Shown here: in pieces, positions 1 to 9,563 of the stretch | How positions within the stretch are numbered: position 1 is the first letter of the stretch | Layout of the letters: each line of letters begins with the position of its first letter | Assembly (NCBI GenBank): GCA_947508055.1 | Contig: CANNRR010000001.1 | Location: 9,881-73,880 of the forward strand | DNA length: 64,000 nucleotides | Direction of reading: 5' to 3' | Origin: Burkholderiales bacterium | GTDB lineage: Bacteria; Pseudomonadota; Gammaproteobacteria; Burkholderiales; Burkholderiaceae_C | Made by a program: the position numbers and the translations under genes | Notes under the pieces: model-generated | Seen by the model: the letters and a program-made list of their open reading frames with translations, nothing else | Databases searched by the model: none | Told to the model about the DNA's origin: nothing

Positions 1-824
1 GTTACATGGACTTGAATATGCCCATGGAAACCCGCTTCTATGTACCCAAGTTGCAGGCCGTCAAGAATATCGTCGCGCGACCTGATGCGTTCAACTCCAA
101 GTTGCCCCTGATCGAGAACCATCCCTACTTTCAAACGGTCACGATCCACCGCGATATCGACGTGGCCCTGGCAGCGCGCCTGGCCGAAGTACCTCTGGAG
201 GACTTCAAGGCGCTTAATCCGTCCATCAACCGCCCCGTCATCATGGCGGCAGGAACACCGCAGGTCTTGCTGCCATGGGACAACGCCGAGGTGTTTCAAA
301 GCAACCTGGAGTCCTATGGCGGCGGTCGCCTGGCCAGTTGGACCGTTTGGGTAGCACCTACCACGATGCGCCCGGCCGACGCTGCCAAACGGGTGGGCAT
401 GAGCGAAGCCGACTTCCGCAGCGTCAACGCCATTCCGCCACGGGTGGTAATCAAGGCAGGTTCATCGCTTCTGGTGCCTCGCTCCAACACCATGAACCAG
501 GATGTGGCGGTCAAAGTTGCGGACAACGGGCAACTTTCACTGGCCCCGGAGGTGGTACTAAAGCGAACCCTGGTGCACGCGGGCAAGGGTGAGAGCGTGG
601 CCAGCATTGCCCGTAAATACAAAGTCAACGCCGATCAGGTAGCGCAATGGAACAAGGTGGGCATGTCGGCGAACTTTAAACCAGGGCAACAGGTTGTGGT
701 GTTTCTGGCAGGCACCCCACAAGGCAGAAGAACGGGAGGCAGTGGCAGGGTGACTGGGCACCATCCGACACCCTATCACGCTGCCACCGGCAAGCCATCA
801 GGAGCCCGCATCGCCAAACGTTGA
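1..824 (+). CDS. mltD: Membrane-bound lytic murein transglycosylase D-like protein with LysM domains (3' part; frame open at left edge)
   Basis: PMETRFYVPKLQAV motif closes the MltD SLT domain; LysM-like repeats follow (FKALNP, GESVASIARKYKV..QWN). Confidence 0.8.
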   Translation, partial: YMDLNMPMETRFYVPKLQAVKNIVARPDAFNSKLPLIENHPYFQTVTIHRDIDVALAARLAEVPLEDFKALNPSINRPVIMAAGTPQVLLPWDNAEVFQSNLESYGGGRLASWTVWVAPTTMRPADAAKRVGMSEADFRSVNAIPPRVVIKAGSSLLVPRSNTMNQDVAVKVADNGQLSLAPEVVLKRTLVHAGKGESVASIARKYKVNADQVAQWNKVGMSANFKPGQQVVVFLAGTPQGRRTGGSGRVTGHHPTPYHAATGKPSGARIAKR

Positions 825-851
825 CGTGCAGCACTCTGCCAATTTCACCTC

Positions 852-1442
852 CTACCGACGGTCCACCAGTGCATGGGCGATGGTGCCCAGATCCACATAT
901 TCCAACTCACTGCCAGCAGGAACACCGCGCGCCAGACGGGTGACGCCCAGGCCGCGGGACTTCAGCGCTTCGCTGATCACGTGTGCCGTCGCCTCCCCCT
1001 CGGCTGTGAAGTTGGTTGCCAGAATGACCTCCTGAACCGTGCCATCCTGCGCACGGTCGAACAGCTTTTTCAGACCAATGTCGTGCGGACCAATGCCATC
1101 CAGCGGGCTGAGTTTGCCCATCAACACAAAATACAGGCCCCGATAAGCGCCAGTGCGCTCCAGCGCCGACTGGTCGGCTGGCGTCTCGACCACGCACAGC
1201 TTGCTGGCGTCGCGTCGGGAGTCCAGGCAGGTGGCACATACCGTGCTTTCGGTGAACGTGTGGCATCGCTCACAGTGTTTCACCCCCGACACCGCCGCCT
1301 GCAACGCACGCGCCAAGGCTTCAGCGGCCGCCCGGTCGTGCTGCAACAGATGAAAAGCCATGCGCTGGGCTGACTTGATACCCACGCCCGGCAGACGCTT
1401 AAGCGCCTGGATCAGCGCATCCAGAGAGTTCGAATCAGCCAC
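852..1442 (-). CDS. recR: Recombination mediator RecR
   Basis: [11 protein letters not shown] HhH, CxxC..CxxC zinc motif, Toprim [14 protein letters not shown]; dnaX-ybaB-recR order. Confidence 0.98.
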   Translation of the reverse strand: MADSNSLDALIQALKRLPGVGIKSAQRMAFHLLQHDRAAAEALARALQAAVSGVKHCERCHTFTESTVCATCLDSRRDASKLCVVETPADQSALERTGAYRGLYFVLMGKLSPLDGIGPHDIGLKKLFDRAQDGTVQEVILATNFTAEGEATAHVISEALKSRGLGVTRLARGVPAGSELEYVDLGTIAHALVDRR

Positions 1443-1453
1443 TGTCTAAAGCG

Positions 1454-1786
1454 TCAGAATGGAAACTTCATGCCACCCGGCAACCCGGGCATACCGGCAG
1501 TGAGCTTGCCCATTTTTTCGTTCGAGGTGTCTTCCGCCTTGCGAACGGCTGCATTAAATGCCGCTGCCACCAGGTCTTCGAGCATGTCCTTGTCTTCGGC
1601 CAGCAGGCTGGGGTCGATGGTAATGCGCTTGACATCGTGCTTGCAGGTCATGATGACCTTGACCAACCCCGCTCCGGACTCGCCGGTAACCTCAACGTTA
1701 CCCAGTTCGTCCTGGGCCTTTTTCATGTTGTCCTGCATCGCCTGGGCTTGCTTCATGAGGCCGGCGAGTTGTCCTTTGTTGAACAT
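1454..1786 (-). CDS. ybaB: YbaB/EbfC nucleoid-associated protein
   Basis: MKQAQAMQ...[10 protein letters not shown]...[12 protein letters not shown]; lies between dnaX and recR. Confidence 0.97.
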   Translation of the reverse strand: MFNKGQLAGLMKQAQAMQDNMKKAQDELGNVEVTGESGAGLVKVIMTCKHDVKRITIDPSLLAEDKDMLEDLVAAAFNAAVRKAEDTSNEKMGKLTAGMPGLPGGMKFPF

Positions 1787-1809
1787 GGTTTTCCTTTTAA
1801 CGTGTTAAA

Positions 1810-1918
1810 ACTTTGCGGGTCAGACCACTTTGCGCAGCAAACGTGCTCTGACCCCAACTAAAACTGATACTTTGCGGGTCAGACCACTTTGCGCAGCAAA
1901 CGTGCTCTGACCCCAACT
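1810..1918. repeat. Two identical 50-bp palindromic REP-like units (1810-1859, 1869-1918)
   Basis: ACTTTGCGGGTCAGACCACTTTGCGCAGCAAACGTGCTCTGACCCCAACT twice, 9 bp apart; GGGTCAGA/TCTGACCC stem. Confidence 0.9.
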
Positions 1919-1920
1919 CA

Positions 1921-3858
1921 TTACAAAGGCTTTATTGAACCGGGCACGATTTTCGCGCCAAAGTCGCGCATCATGGACTGCACAAACGGATCGTCAAAAA
2001 TAATCTTCTCGGCGGCCAATTGCTTCTCGGCCGATGCCGCAGTGTTGCGTCGGGCCGGGCAGTCGGTCACTCGACCAACTTCCACCACCAATTTCACACT
2101 AAAACCAGCGTTTTGCAGCGCCGAGGTAAGCCGGTCCCGGCTGCCGCTCTGGTTGAGCGACTCCCGCTCCACCCGCAGTATCCACTGGTCAGTGTCGCGG
2201 GCCACCAGTTGCGACTGCAGGGCCAATTCCCGCACCATTGCGTTGATGGCATCCAACTTGATCAATTGCTGCACGGTGGCGTGCCAAAAGTCGCCTTCTT
2301 CGGTGACCACCAGAGTGGGTGCCGCCTGTGGTGCCGTCACATCGGAGCGGGATTCGGCCTGAACCCGCACCGGAACTGCTACAACTTTTGTAGCTGCATG
2401 CGCAAGTTTCACGGGGGCTGGAGCCATATTTGAATCAAAAGAATCGGCATCATCCGGAAAATCATCGTCGCCACCTTCGACCGGCGGCGGGGTTGGCCGA
2501 GCGTTCTCCCGTACGTGCAAAACCTGACCAGGCGGCACTTCCGTCGCGGCTGGCATATCTTCCCAAGGCTGCACAGTGGGCGCTTTCGCCGGCGTAACGG
2601 CCGGGCTTGGCACGGCTGCCGGCGCGGCAACCGGAGGCCTCGCAGGAATAGGGATAGACGCCGATGCCGACCGCTCAGGCACCGGTACAGCAGCTCTATT
2701 CAGAGTTTTTTTTTCCGCCGAAGCTGATTGGCTGTGGGGTTTGAAGGCGAGCAGGCGCAGCAGCACCATGGTTAGCGCAGCGTACTCGTCAGGTGCCAGG
2801 CCGAGGTCGGCACGGCCGTGCAGGCAAATGCTATAGAGCAACTGCGTCTCGTCGACAGGCATCATCCCTGCCAGTCGGGCCGTTTCATGGGCTTCAGGGT
2901 CAGCCTCATCATCGCTGGCGGCACTGGCAGCCGAGTCGGCTGATTGCGCCAGCGTCTGAACCACAGCCATGCGTTGCAACACTGTGGACATCTCTTCGAG
3001 CGTAGATGCCGCACTCAGGCCATTCAGCCGCAAATCCTCCGAGGTTTCGACCACCGTCCTGCCATCGCCCCGCGCCAGCGCCTCGATCAAACGAAACACG
3101 TATGAACGGTCCACGCTGCCCAACATTTGGCGCACCGTAGCCTCCTGCAACTGACCCGAACCAAACGCGATCGCCTGGTCGGTCAGGCTGAGCGCGTCTC
3201 GCATGGAGCCACGCGCTGCGCGGGCCAGCAGGCGCAGGGCTTGTACCTCGGAACTAACCTGCTCCACCGCCAGCACTTTGGCCAGGTGCTCGCGGATGGT
3301 CTCTGGCGCCATGGGCCGCAGGTTGAACTGCAGACAACGAGACAGCACCGTAACCGGCACTTTTTGCGGGTCCGTGGTGGCCAGCACAAATTTCAAATAC
3401 TCGGGCGGCTCTTCCAGTGTCTTCAACATCGCGTTGAACGCGGTGTTGGTCAGCATGTGCACCTCATCGATCATGAAGACCTTGAAGCGCCCCTGTACCG
3501 GCTTGTAGACCGCCTGTTCGAGCAAGGCCTGTACCTCGTCCACGCCACGATTGGATGCGGCATCCAGCTCGGTGTAGTCGACAAAGCGTCCGCTATCAAT
3601 ATCACAGCACGCCTGGCATACACCACAAGGGGTAGCGGTGATTCCACCTTTTCCATCGGCACCCTGGCAGTTCAACGACTTGGCCAAAATCCGCGAAACC
3701 GTGGTCTTGCCAACGCCGCGCGTGCCAGTAAACAAATAGGCGTGGTGCAGTCGCTGGGTGGTCAGGGCATTGGTCAATGCCAGCACCACATGGTCCTGCC
3801 CCACCATTTCGGTGAAGTTGCGAGGGCGGTACTTGCGGGCGAGCACGAGGTATGACAT
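1921..3858 (-). CDS. dnaX: DNA polymerase III subunits gamma/tau
   Basis: MSYLVLARKYRP, Walker A GTRGVGKT, DEVH, SRC motif. Confidence 0.98.
   Translation of the reverse strand: MSYLVLARKYRPRNFTEMVGQDHVVLALTNALTTQRLHHAYLFTGTRGVGKTTVSRILAKSLNCQGADGKGGITATPCGVCQACCDIDSGRFVDYTELDAASNRGVDEVQALLEQAVYKPVQGRFKVFMIDEVHMLTNTAFNAMLKTLEEPPEYLKFVLATTDPQKVPVTVLSRCLQFNLRPMAPETIREHLAKVLAVEQVSSEVQALRLLARAARGSMRDALSLTDQAIAFGSGQLQEATVRQMLGSVDRSYVFRLIEALARGDGRTVVETSEDLRLNGLSAASTLEEMSTVLQRMAVVQTLAQSADSAASAASDDEADPEAHETARLAGMMPVDETQLLYSICLHGRADLGLAPDEYAALTMVLLRLLAFKPHSQSASAEKKTLNRAAVPVPERSASASIPIPARPPVAAPAAVPSPAVTPAKAPTVQPWEDMPAATEVPPGQVLHVRENARPTPPPVEGGDDDFPDDADSFDSNMAPAPVKLAHAATKVVAVPVRVQAESRSDVTAPQAAPTLVVTEEGDFWHATVQQLIKLDAINAMVRELALQSQLVARDTDQWILRVERESLNQSGSRDRLTSALQNAGFSVKLVVEVGRVTDCPARRNTAASAEKQLAAEKIIFDDPFVQSMMRDFGAKIVPGSIKPL
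2377..2433 (+). repeat. 57-bp dispersed motif copy, inside dnaX linker
   Basis: TGCTA CAACTTTTG TAGC TGCAT GCGC AAGTTTCA CGGGG GCTGGAG CCAT ATTTGA. Confidence 0.85.
2706..2714 (-). other. A9 slippage/frameshift site predicted to yield the gamma subunit
   Basis: GAA AAA AAA ACT CTG AAT AGA; both alternative frames reach a stop within a few codons. Confidence 0.75.
3591..3647 (+). repeat. 57-bp dispersed motif copy (degenerate), overlapping dnaX zinc-motif codons
   Basis: CGCTA TCAATATCA CAGC ACGCC TGGC ATACACCA CAAGG GGTAGCG GTGA TTCCAC. Confidence 0.6.
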
Positions 3859-3886
3859 AAGGACAGATTCTACGGGCTACAATTCA

Positions 3887-3987
3887 GGCTGACGGGCCTT
3901 CCCACATGGTGAAGCGGCCAACCGGGTCAGGTGGGGAACCAAGCAGCCCTAACTGTGGAGCCAGTGCTGGGGTCAGGCTCGTCAACC
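3887..3987 (+). ncRNA. ffs: Signal recognition particle RNA (4.5S)
   Basis: Domain IV GGTCAGGTGGGGAACCAAGCAGCC; complementary ends GGCTGACGGGCCT/AGGCTCGTCAACC; TACAAT at 3878-3883; adjacent to dnaX. Confidence 0.93.
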
Positions 3988-5259
3988 TCATCTTTTCTCG
4001 TCCAAAAAATCCAGCAAACCATGTCCGGCACGCCAGCCGCTGGCAAAGCAGGCCTGCAACAGGTAGCCCCCGGTGGGCGCATCCCAATCCAGCATTTCAC
4101 CAGCACAAAACACACCTGGTAGCGACTCCAGCATCAACCCCGGCGTCATCGCCTCAAACAGCACACCGCCAGCGGTGCTGATGGCCTCGTCGATGGGGCG
4201 CGTGGCGGTCAGGGTGATGGGCAGGGCCTTCATGGCAGCGGACAGTTGTACCGGGTTGTTCAACGCGTCTTTGGACAACAGTTCATACAGGATTCCAGCC
4301 TTGATGCCATCAATGTGCAGCCGGCTCTTCAAATGGCTCGATAGCGACCGCGTTCCACGCGGGTGCCGCACTTCGGCCAGTACCCGCTCGGCCGACATAT
4401 CGGGCAACAGGTCCAGTTGGAAGGTGGCGCTGCCGGTGCGTATGATGTCATCGCGTAACAGGCTGGACGCCGCATACACCAGGCTGCCTTCCACTCCCGT
4501 GGCGGTGGCCACAAACTCGCCCTTGCGGGCAAAGTGCACACCCTGCGAATTGGTCAATGACAGCGCGACCGACTTGAACGGATGACCGGCAAAACGGCTG
4601 GCAAAGTGCTCGGTCCAGCCATTCTTCACATCAAACCCACAATTACTTGGCAGCAATGGCGCAACCGCCACGCCGCGCGCCGCCAGCAGAGGAACCCAGG
4701 CGCCGTTGGAGCCCAGGCGCGCCCAACTGCCGCCGCCCAGCGCCAACAACACGGCGCCAGTCTGCACGCGCACAGGGCCATGAGGACCATCAAAGCAAAT
4801 ATTGGACAACGCGCCCTGCTCCCACCCGGTCCAGCGGTGGCGCATGTGGAACTGCACACCCGGCCCATTCGCGGGGTGGCGCAGGCGATGCAGCCAGGCA
4901 CGCAACAGCGGTGCAGCCTTCATATCTTTGGGAAACACCCGGCCAGAGGAGCCGATAAAGGTCTCAATACCCAGACCCAGAGCCCACGCACGTACCGCTG
5001 CAGGATCAAAATTTCTCAACAGATCTTCAATCGTGGCACGACGCGTACCGTAGCGTCCGGCAAAGGCGTCGGCGCCTTCAGAATGGGTAAGGTTGAGTCC
5101 GCCCTTGCCAGCCAGCAAAAACTTGCGACCGATCGAAGGCATGGCATCAAACAGGTGCACCGGCTTACCAGCATCGCTGAGCACCTGTGCGGCCATCAGG
5201 CCAGCAGGGCCGCCGCCGATGATGACTATCGGCACAGACAAAAGAGTTTCAGGATTCAT
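3988..5259 (-). CDS. HI0933/BaiN-like (TIGR03862-type) flavoprotein
   Basis: [11 protein letters not shown] motif, [31 protein letters not shown]. Confidence 0.9.
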   Translation of the reverse strand: MNPETLLSVPIVIIGGGPAGLMAAQVLSDAGKPVHLFDAMPSIGRKFLLAGKGGLNLTHSEGADAFAGRYGTRRATIEDLLRNFDPAAVRAWALGLGIETFIGSSGRVFPKDMKAAPLLRAWLHRLRHPANGPGVQFHMRHRWTGWEQGALSNICFDGPHGPVRVQTGAVLLALGGGSWARLGSNGAWVPLLAARGVAVAPLLPSNCGFDVKNGWTEHFASRFAGHPFKSVALSLTNSQGVHFARKGEFVATATGVEGSLVYAASSLLRDDIIRTGSATFQLDLLPDMSAERVLAEVRHPRGTRSLSSHLKSRLHIDGIKAGILYELLSKDALNNPVQLSAAMKALPITLTATRPIDEAISTAGGVLFEAMTPGLMLESLPGVFCAGEMLDWDAPTGGYLLQACFASGWRAGHGLLDFLDEKR

Positions 5260-5533
5260 GAGGTTTGTCGTTCTATCAAGGTGCCTTCGGCGGTCAAAAA
5301 CACAGCACGAACCGATTTGTAGTCCAGCACCCCCCATTGTCCCTTACCACCAGCGGCGCACCGGCGCAGTACCAGGCACGCCAATGGGCGAACCCCGACG
5401 AATATGTCCCAAGAGTGGATGGGGAATCAATTTTCACTATGCTCCTCATAGCAGCAGCGAGCACGGCAGCAACTTGGTTTCTGTCACAATGGCCGCCACT
5501 TTAGCTTCTATGCAAACTCCAAAAGGAAACCCC

Positions 5534-5866
5534 ATGGCCAGCGCCCTTATCAAACATGTAACTGACGCCACTTTTGAAGCGGATGTGCTGAAATCTGCAC
5601 AGCCTGTTCTGGTGGACTATTGGGCCGAATGGTGCGGCCCCTGCAAAATGATTGCCCCAATTCTTGACGAAGTGTCCACCAGCTACGAGGGCAAGCTCAA
5701 TATCGCCAAGATGAACGTCGACGAAAACCGCGAAATCCCTGCCAAGTTTGGCATTCGTGGCATTCCCACACTAATGCTGTTCAAGGACGGCCAACTCGCA
5801 GCGACCAAGGTTGGCGCCCTGAGCAAAGCACAGCTAATTGCTTTTATTGACCAGCAATTGGCCTGA
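5534..5866 (+). CDS. trxA: Thioredoxin 1
   Basis: WCGPC active site; AAGGA RBS; upstream of rho. Confidence 0.98.
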   Translation: MASALIKHVTDATFEADVLKSAQPVLVDYWAEWCGPCKMIAPILDEVSTSYEGKLNIAKMNVDENREIPAKFGIRGIPTLMLFKDGQLAATKVGALSKAQLIAFIDQQLA

Positions 5867-6086
5867 TTTTTCTTTGGTGACCGCGACACAGACGCGCGGT
5901 CACTTTTTCCTGTCATAATCCAATCCGTTTACCAGCGACCCACAAGGGCTGGTCCCGCTCCCCGGGCTAAGAACACCGAGGCCAAAGTGACAAGTTGAGC
6001 GACAAGTCTTGCCTCAAGCTCCTCTATCCCCTGAATTTTTTTCATCACTCCGATTTTTCGGTCAACTCCCAGACGGGACTATTTCC

Positions 6087-7349
6087 ATGCATTTAAACGA
6101 ACTCAAGGCCCTGCACGTTTCAGAAGTCCTCAAGCAGGCTGAAGAGCTTGAGATCGAAAACACTGGTCGCATGCGCAAGCAGGAGTTGATGTTCGCCATC
6201 ATCAAAAAGCGAGCCCGCACTGGCGAACAAATCATTGCCGATGGCGTGCTGGAAATTTTGCCTGATGGGTTTGGTTTTCTGCGCAGCCCGGACACCAGCT
6301 ACACCGCCAGCACCGATGACATCTACATCAGCCCCAGTCAGGTGCGTCGATTCAACTTGCACACTGGAGACATGATCGAAGGCGAAGTGCGCACACCAAA
6401 AGATGGCGAGCGCTATTTCGCGTTGAACAAGTTGGACAAGGTCAATGGTGGCGGGCCTGAAGAGAACAAACACAAGGTGATGTTCGAGAACCTGACGCCA
6501 CTGTTCCCCAAGGAACAGATGAAACTGGAGCGCGAAATCAAGGGTGATGAAAACATCACCGGTCGCGTCATCGACATCATTGCACCGATTGGCAAGGGTC
6601 AGCGCGCCTTGATCGTGGCGCAACCCAAGAGCGGCAAGACCGTGATGATGCAGCACATTGCGCACGCCATTTCGACCAATTACCCGGACAGTTACTTGAT
6701 GGTGCTCCTGATTGACGAGCGCCCGGAAGAAGTGACCGAAATGCAGCGCACTGTCAAGGGCGAGGTGATTGCGTCAACCTTCGACGAACCTGCGGCGCGC
6801 CACGTGCACGTGGCTGAAATGGTGATCGAGCGCGCCAAGCGCCTGGTCGAACTGAAAAAGGACGTGGTGATCCTGCTGGACTCCATCACCCGTCTGGCAC
6901 GCGCTTATAACAACGTAGTGCCATCCTCCGGCAAGGTACTGACCGGCGGCGTCGACTCCAACGCCCTGCAGCGCCCCAAGCGCTTCCTGGGTGCCGCTCG
7001 CAACGTGGAAGAGGGTGGCTCGCTCACCATCATTGCCACGGCACTGGTCGATACCGGCAGTCGCATGGATGAAGTGATTTTTGAAGAATTCAAGGGCACT
7101 GGCAACTCCGAAATCCACCTGGACCGCCGCCTGTACGAAAAGCGCGTATTCCCTTCCATCCAGCTAAATCGTAGTGGCACACGCCGCGAGGAATTGCTTT
7201 TGCAGCCTGAAATTCTGCAAAAAACCCGCATCCTGCGGCAGTTCCTCTACAACATGGATGAAGTGGAAGCGATGGAGATGGTGCTCAAACAGATGCGCGC
7301 CACCAAAACCAATGGCGAGTTCTTTGACATGATGCGCCGGGGCGGGTAA
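6087..7349 (+). CDS. rho: Transcription termination factor Rho
   Basis: [35 protein letters not shown]. Confidence 0.99.
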   Translation: MHLNELKALHVSEVLKQAEELEIENTGRMRKQELMFAIIKKRARTGEQIIADGVLEILPDGFGFLRSPDTSYTASTDDIYISPSQVRRFNLHTGDMIEGEVRTPKDGERYFALNKLDKVNGGGPEENKHKVMFENLTPLFPKEQMKLEREIKGDENITGRVIDIIAPIGKGQRALIVAQPKSGKTVMMQHIAHAISTNYPDSYLMVLLIDERPEEVTEMQRTVKGEVIASTFDEPAARHVHVAEMVIERAKRLVELKKDVVILLDSITRLARAYNNVVPSSGKVLTGGVDSNALQRPKRFLGAARNVEEGGSLTIIATALVDTGSRMDEVIFEEFKGTGNSEIHLDRRLYEKRVFPSIQLNRSGTRREELLLQPEILQKTRILRQFLYNMDEVEAMEMVLKQMRATKTNGEFFDMMRRGG

Positions 7350-7353
7350 CTAG

Positions 7354-7430
7354 CCTCCACGCTGCGCCGCTGCGCGGGTCGCTGCCCCTGAGGGGGCCGC
7401 ATTTCGCCTCGGGACGGCACGGCGGAGAAA
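7354..7430. repeat. GC-rich palindromic intergenic element after rho
   Basis: CCTCCACGCTGCGCCGCTGCGCGGGTCGCTGCCCCTGAGGGGGC...; resembles a repeat type I recall from Comamonadaceae; single full copy here. Confidence 0.5.
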
Positions 7431-7504
7431 CAGTTATAATCGATGATTTACGCGAAAAGTACGCTGGATAGGCCAGCGCGGCTATTGCTACTGATGGAGA
7501 TAGT

Positions 7505-7780
7505 ATGAAAGAAGGCATTCACCCCAATTACCGTGAAGTGTGCTTTATGGACATGTCCAACAACTTCAAGTTTGTGACACGTTCTTGCGCCAACACCAAA
7601 GAAATGATTGATATGGAAGACGGCCGCAAGCTGCCACTGTACAAGCTTGATACCACCAGTGAATCGCACCCTTTCTACACCGGCACACAAAAATCCGTCG
7701 ACAACATGGGCGGCCGCGTCGAGCGCTTCCGCAACCGTTTCGGAAAAGCCAAGACCGCGGCGCCTGCAGCAGCCGAATAA
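7505..7780 (+). CDS. rpmE2: 50S ribosomal protein L31 type B
   Basis: MKEGIHPNY...SESHPFYTG...GGRVERF; no CxxC pairs. Confidence 0.95.
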   Translation: MKEGIHPNYREVCFMDMSNNFKFVTRSCANTKEMIDMEDGRKLPLYKLDTTSESHPFYTGTQKSVDNMGGRVERFRNRFGKAKTAAPAAAE

Positions 7781-7812
7781 ACCGATTCAGGTTTTGGCCT
7801 GAACCGTCACAG

Positions 7813-7844
7813 AAAAGCAGCCCGGTTTTCCGCGCTGCTTTTTT
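7813..7844 (+). terminator. Intrinsic terminator
   Basis: AAAAGCAGC...GCTGCTTTTTT. Confidence 0.75.
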
Positions 7845-7859
7845 ATTGCACCCTAACCA

Positions 7860-9563
7860 GTGAATATTCCTACCCCCGCCATCGTGACGCAGGCCGGCGC
7901 GCGGAGATTTCCGCGCTGGGCTCTGTTGTTGCTGTGCTGCGCTTATGTGCTCAGTGGCTTTATTGGCCGGGATGGCTGGAAAAGCGCCGACATGACCGCG
8001 CTTGGCTATATGTCAGAACTAGCCTATGGCAGTTCCAGTTGGTTGGCCCCTACCTTGATGGGTGTCCCGACGGACAACCCCGCTGTACTGCCCTACTGGC
8101 TGGGCGCTTGGGCAATTCAACTGACTCCTGCATGGGCCAGCACCGACTTTATGGTCCGTGTCCCGTTCGGCATGCTGCTGGCGCTTGCCATGCTGGCAAC
8201 CTGGTATGGCACCTACTATCTGGCGCGTAATCCGCTCGCCCAACCGGTCGCCTTTGCCTTTGGCGGGGAGGCGCTGCCAGCAGACTACGCCTGCGCCATG
8301 GCTGATGGCGGGTTACTGGCGTTCATTGCCTGTTTGGGCCTGGCTCAGCTGTCACATGAGACAACACCGGCGCTGTCACAACTGGGCTTTTCAGCGTTGT
8401 TTTTTTACGCCGTAGCGGCGCTACCTTACCGGCGACACGGGCCAACCGCAGCAGCAGCGGCTGGTTTGATCGGCCTAGCCCTGTCGGGCGCTCCCAGCAT
8501 GGCGATGCTATTTGGATCCGGTAGCGCCGTATTGCATTACCTCGATCAGCCAAAAGAGCCCCAGAACACCGCACATAGTCGTCGAATTACCCAGGAAAGC
8601 GCCACTATTGCCGTTGCGAGCTTGTTGGCATTGGCGTTGGCAATGTCGTTTGATTTGCTGCGCTGGAAAATCGAGCTACCAAACGCCGAGTGGACCGACT
8701 GGAGTGGCTACTTCGAACTATTGGTATGGTTTACCTGGCCTGCCTGGCCCCTGGCCCTGTGGACCCTATGGCGGTGGCGTCACCAATTATTCAATCGGCG
8801 CATCAGCCGACACATCGCATTACCGGTCTGGTTCGTCGGTGTGTGTTTGGTTGCCACATTGACTACCGGGTCTTCTGACCGCAGTTTGCTATTGGCGTTG
8901 CCCACCATGGCAACGCTCGCCGCGTTTGCTCTGCCCACACTCAAACGCCAGGTTGCGGCACTGATTGACTGGTTCACCTTGCTATTCTTCTCAGGTTGTG
9001 CCTTCATCATCTGGGTTGTCTGGATTGCCATGCAAACCGGAGTTCCCGCGCAGCCAGCGGCCAATGTGGCTCGCCTGGCACCAGGATTTGAAGCAAGTTT
9101 TTCGCTCTTTGCATTTGTCATTGCCTGCCTGGCCACGCTGGCGTGGACCTGGCTGGTGAAATGGCGAGTCGGGCGGCACCGTGCTGCCATCTGGAAGAGC
9201 TTGGTCTTGCCAGCCGGTGGTGCAGCACTGAGCTGGCTGCTGCTGATGACGTTGTGGATGCCCTTGCTCAACCACACGCAAAGCTACACGGGGCTGGTAC
9301 AACGCACCATTGCGCGCATGAACGTGCCCGGCTGTTTGGAGACACTTGGATTGGGACAGGGCCAAATCGCGGCATTCCAGTATTACGGCAAGCTGCTGCT
9401 GAAACCGATGCAAAACAAGTCAAGTTGCGCGTGGCTGCTGCTTGAACCCAACGCTGACCTGTCAGTACCCGACAGCGTCGATCTTACAGTCTGGACGCTG
9501 CAGGATGTCATTCACCATTCCGCTAACTCGGGTGAATCGGTATTGCTATTCAAACGGAACTGA
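7860..9563 (+). CDS. ArnT/PMT-like (GT-C) inner-membrane glycosyltransferase family protein
   Basis: Many hydrophobic helices; GRDGWKSAD and PYWLGA segments. Confidence 0.65.
   Translation: MNIPTPAIVTQAGARRFPRWALLLLCCAYVLSGFIGRDGWKSADMTALGYMSELAYGSSSWLAPTLMGVPTDNPAVLPYWLGAWAIQLTPAWASTDFMVRVPFGMLLALAMLATWYGTYYLARNPLAQPVAFAFGGEALPADYACAMADGGLLAFIACLGLAQLSHETTPALSQLGFSALFFYAVAALPYRRHGPTAAAAAGLIGLALSGAPSMAMLFGSGSAVLHYLDQPKEPQNTAHSRRITQESATIAVASLLALALAMSFDLLRWKIELPNAEWTDWSGYFELLVWFTWPAWPLALWTLWRWRHQLFNRRISRHIALPVWFVGVCLVATLTTGSSDRSLLLALPTMATLAAFALPTLKRQVAALIDWFTLLFFSGCAFIIWVVWIAMQTGVPAQPAANVARLAPGFEASFSLFAFVIACLATLAWTWLVKWRVGRHRAAIWKSLVLPAGGAALSWLLLMTLWMPLLNHTQSYTGLVQRTIARMNVPGCLETLGLGQGQIAAFQYYGKLLLKPMQNKSSCAWLLLEPNADLSVPDSVDLTVWTLQDVIHHSANSGESVLLFKRN

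Noticed and set aside
1810-1918. CRISPR-like direct repeats
   Set aside because: Only two 50-bp units with a 9-bp gap and no cas genes; better explained as a REP-like doublet.
5435-5490. Possible extra copy of the 57-bp motif (CACTA-N9-TAGC)
   Set aside because: Only the first dyad matches; downstream fixed positions fail.
5481-5920. CTGTCAC/CTGTCAT half-sites near trxA and rho
   Set aside because: No partner half-site at 11-bp spacing.
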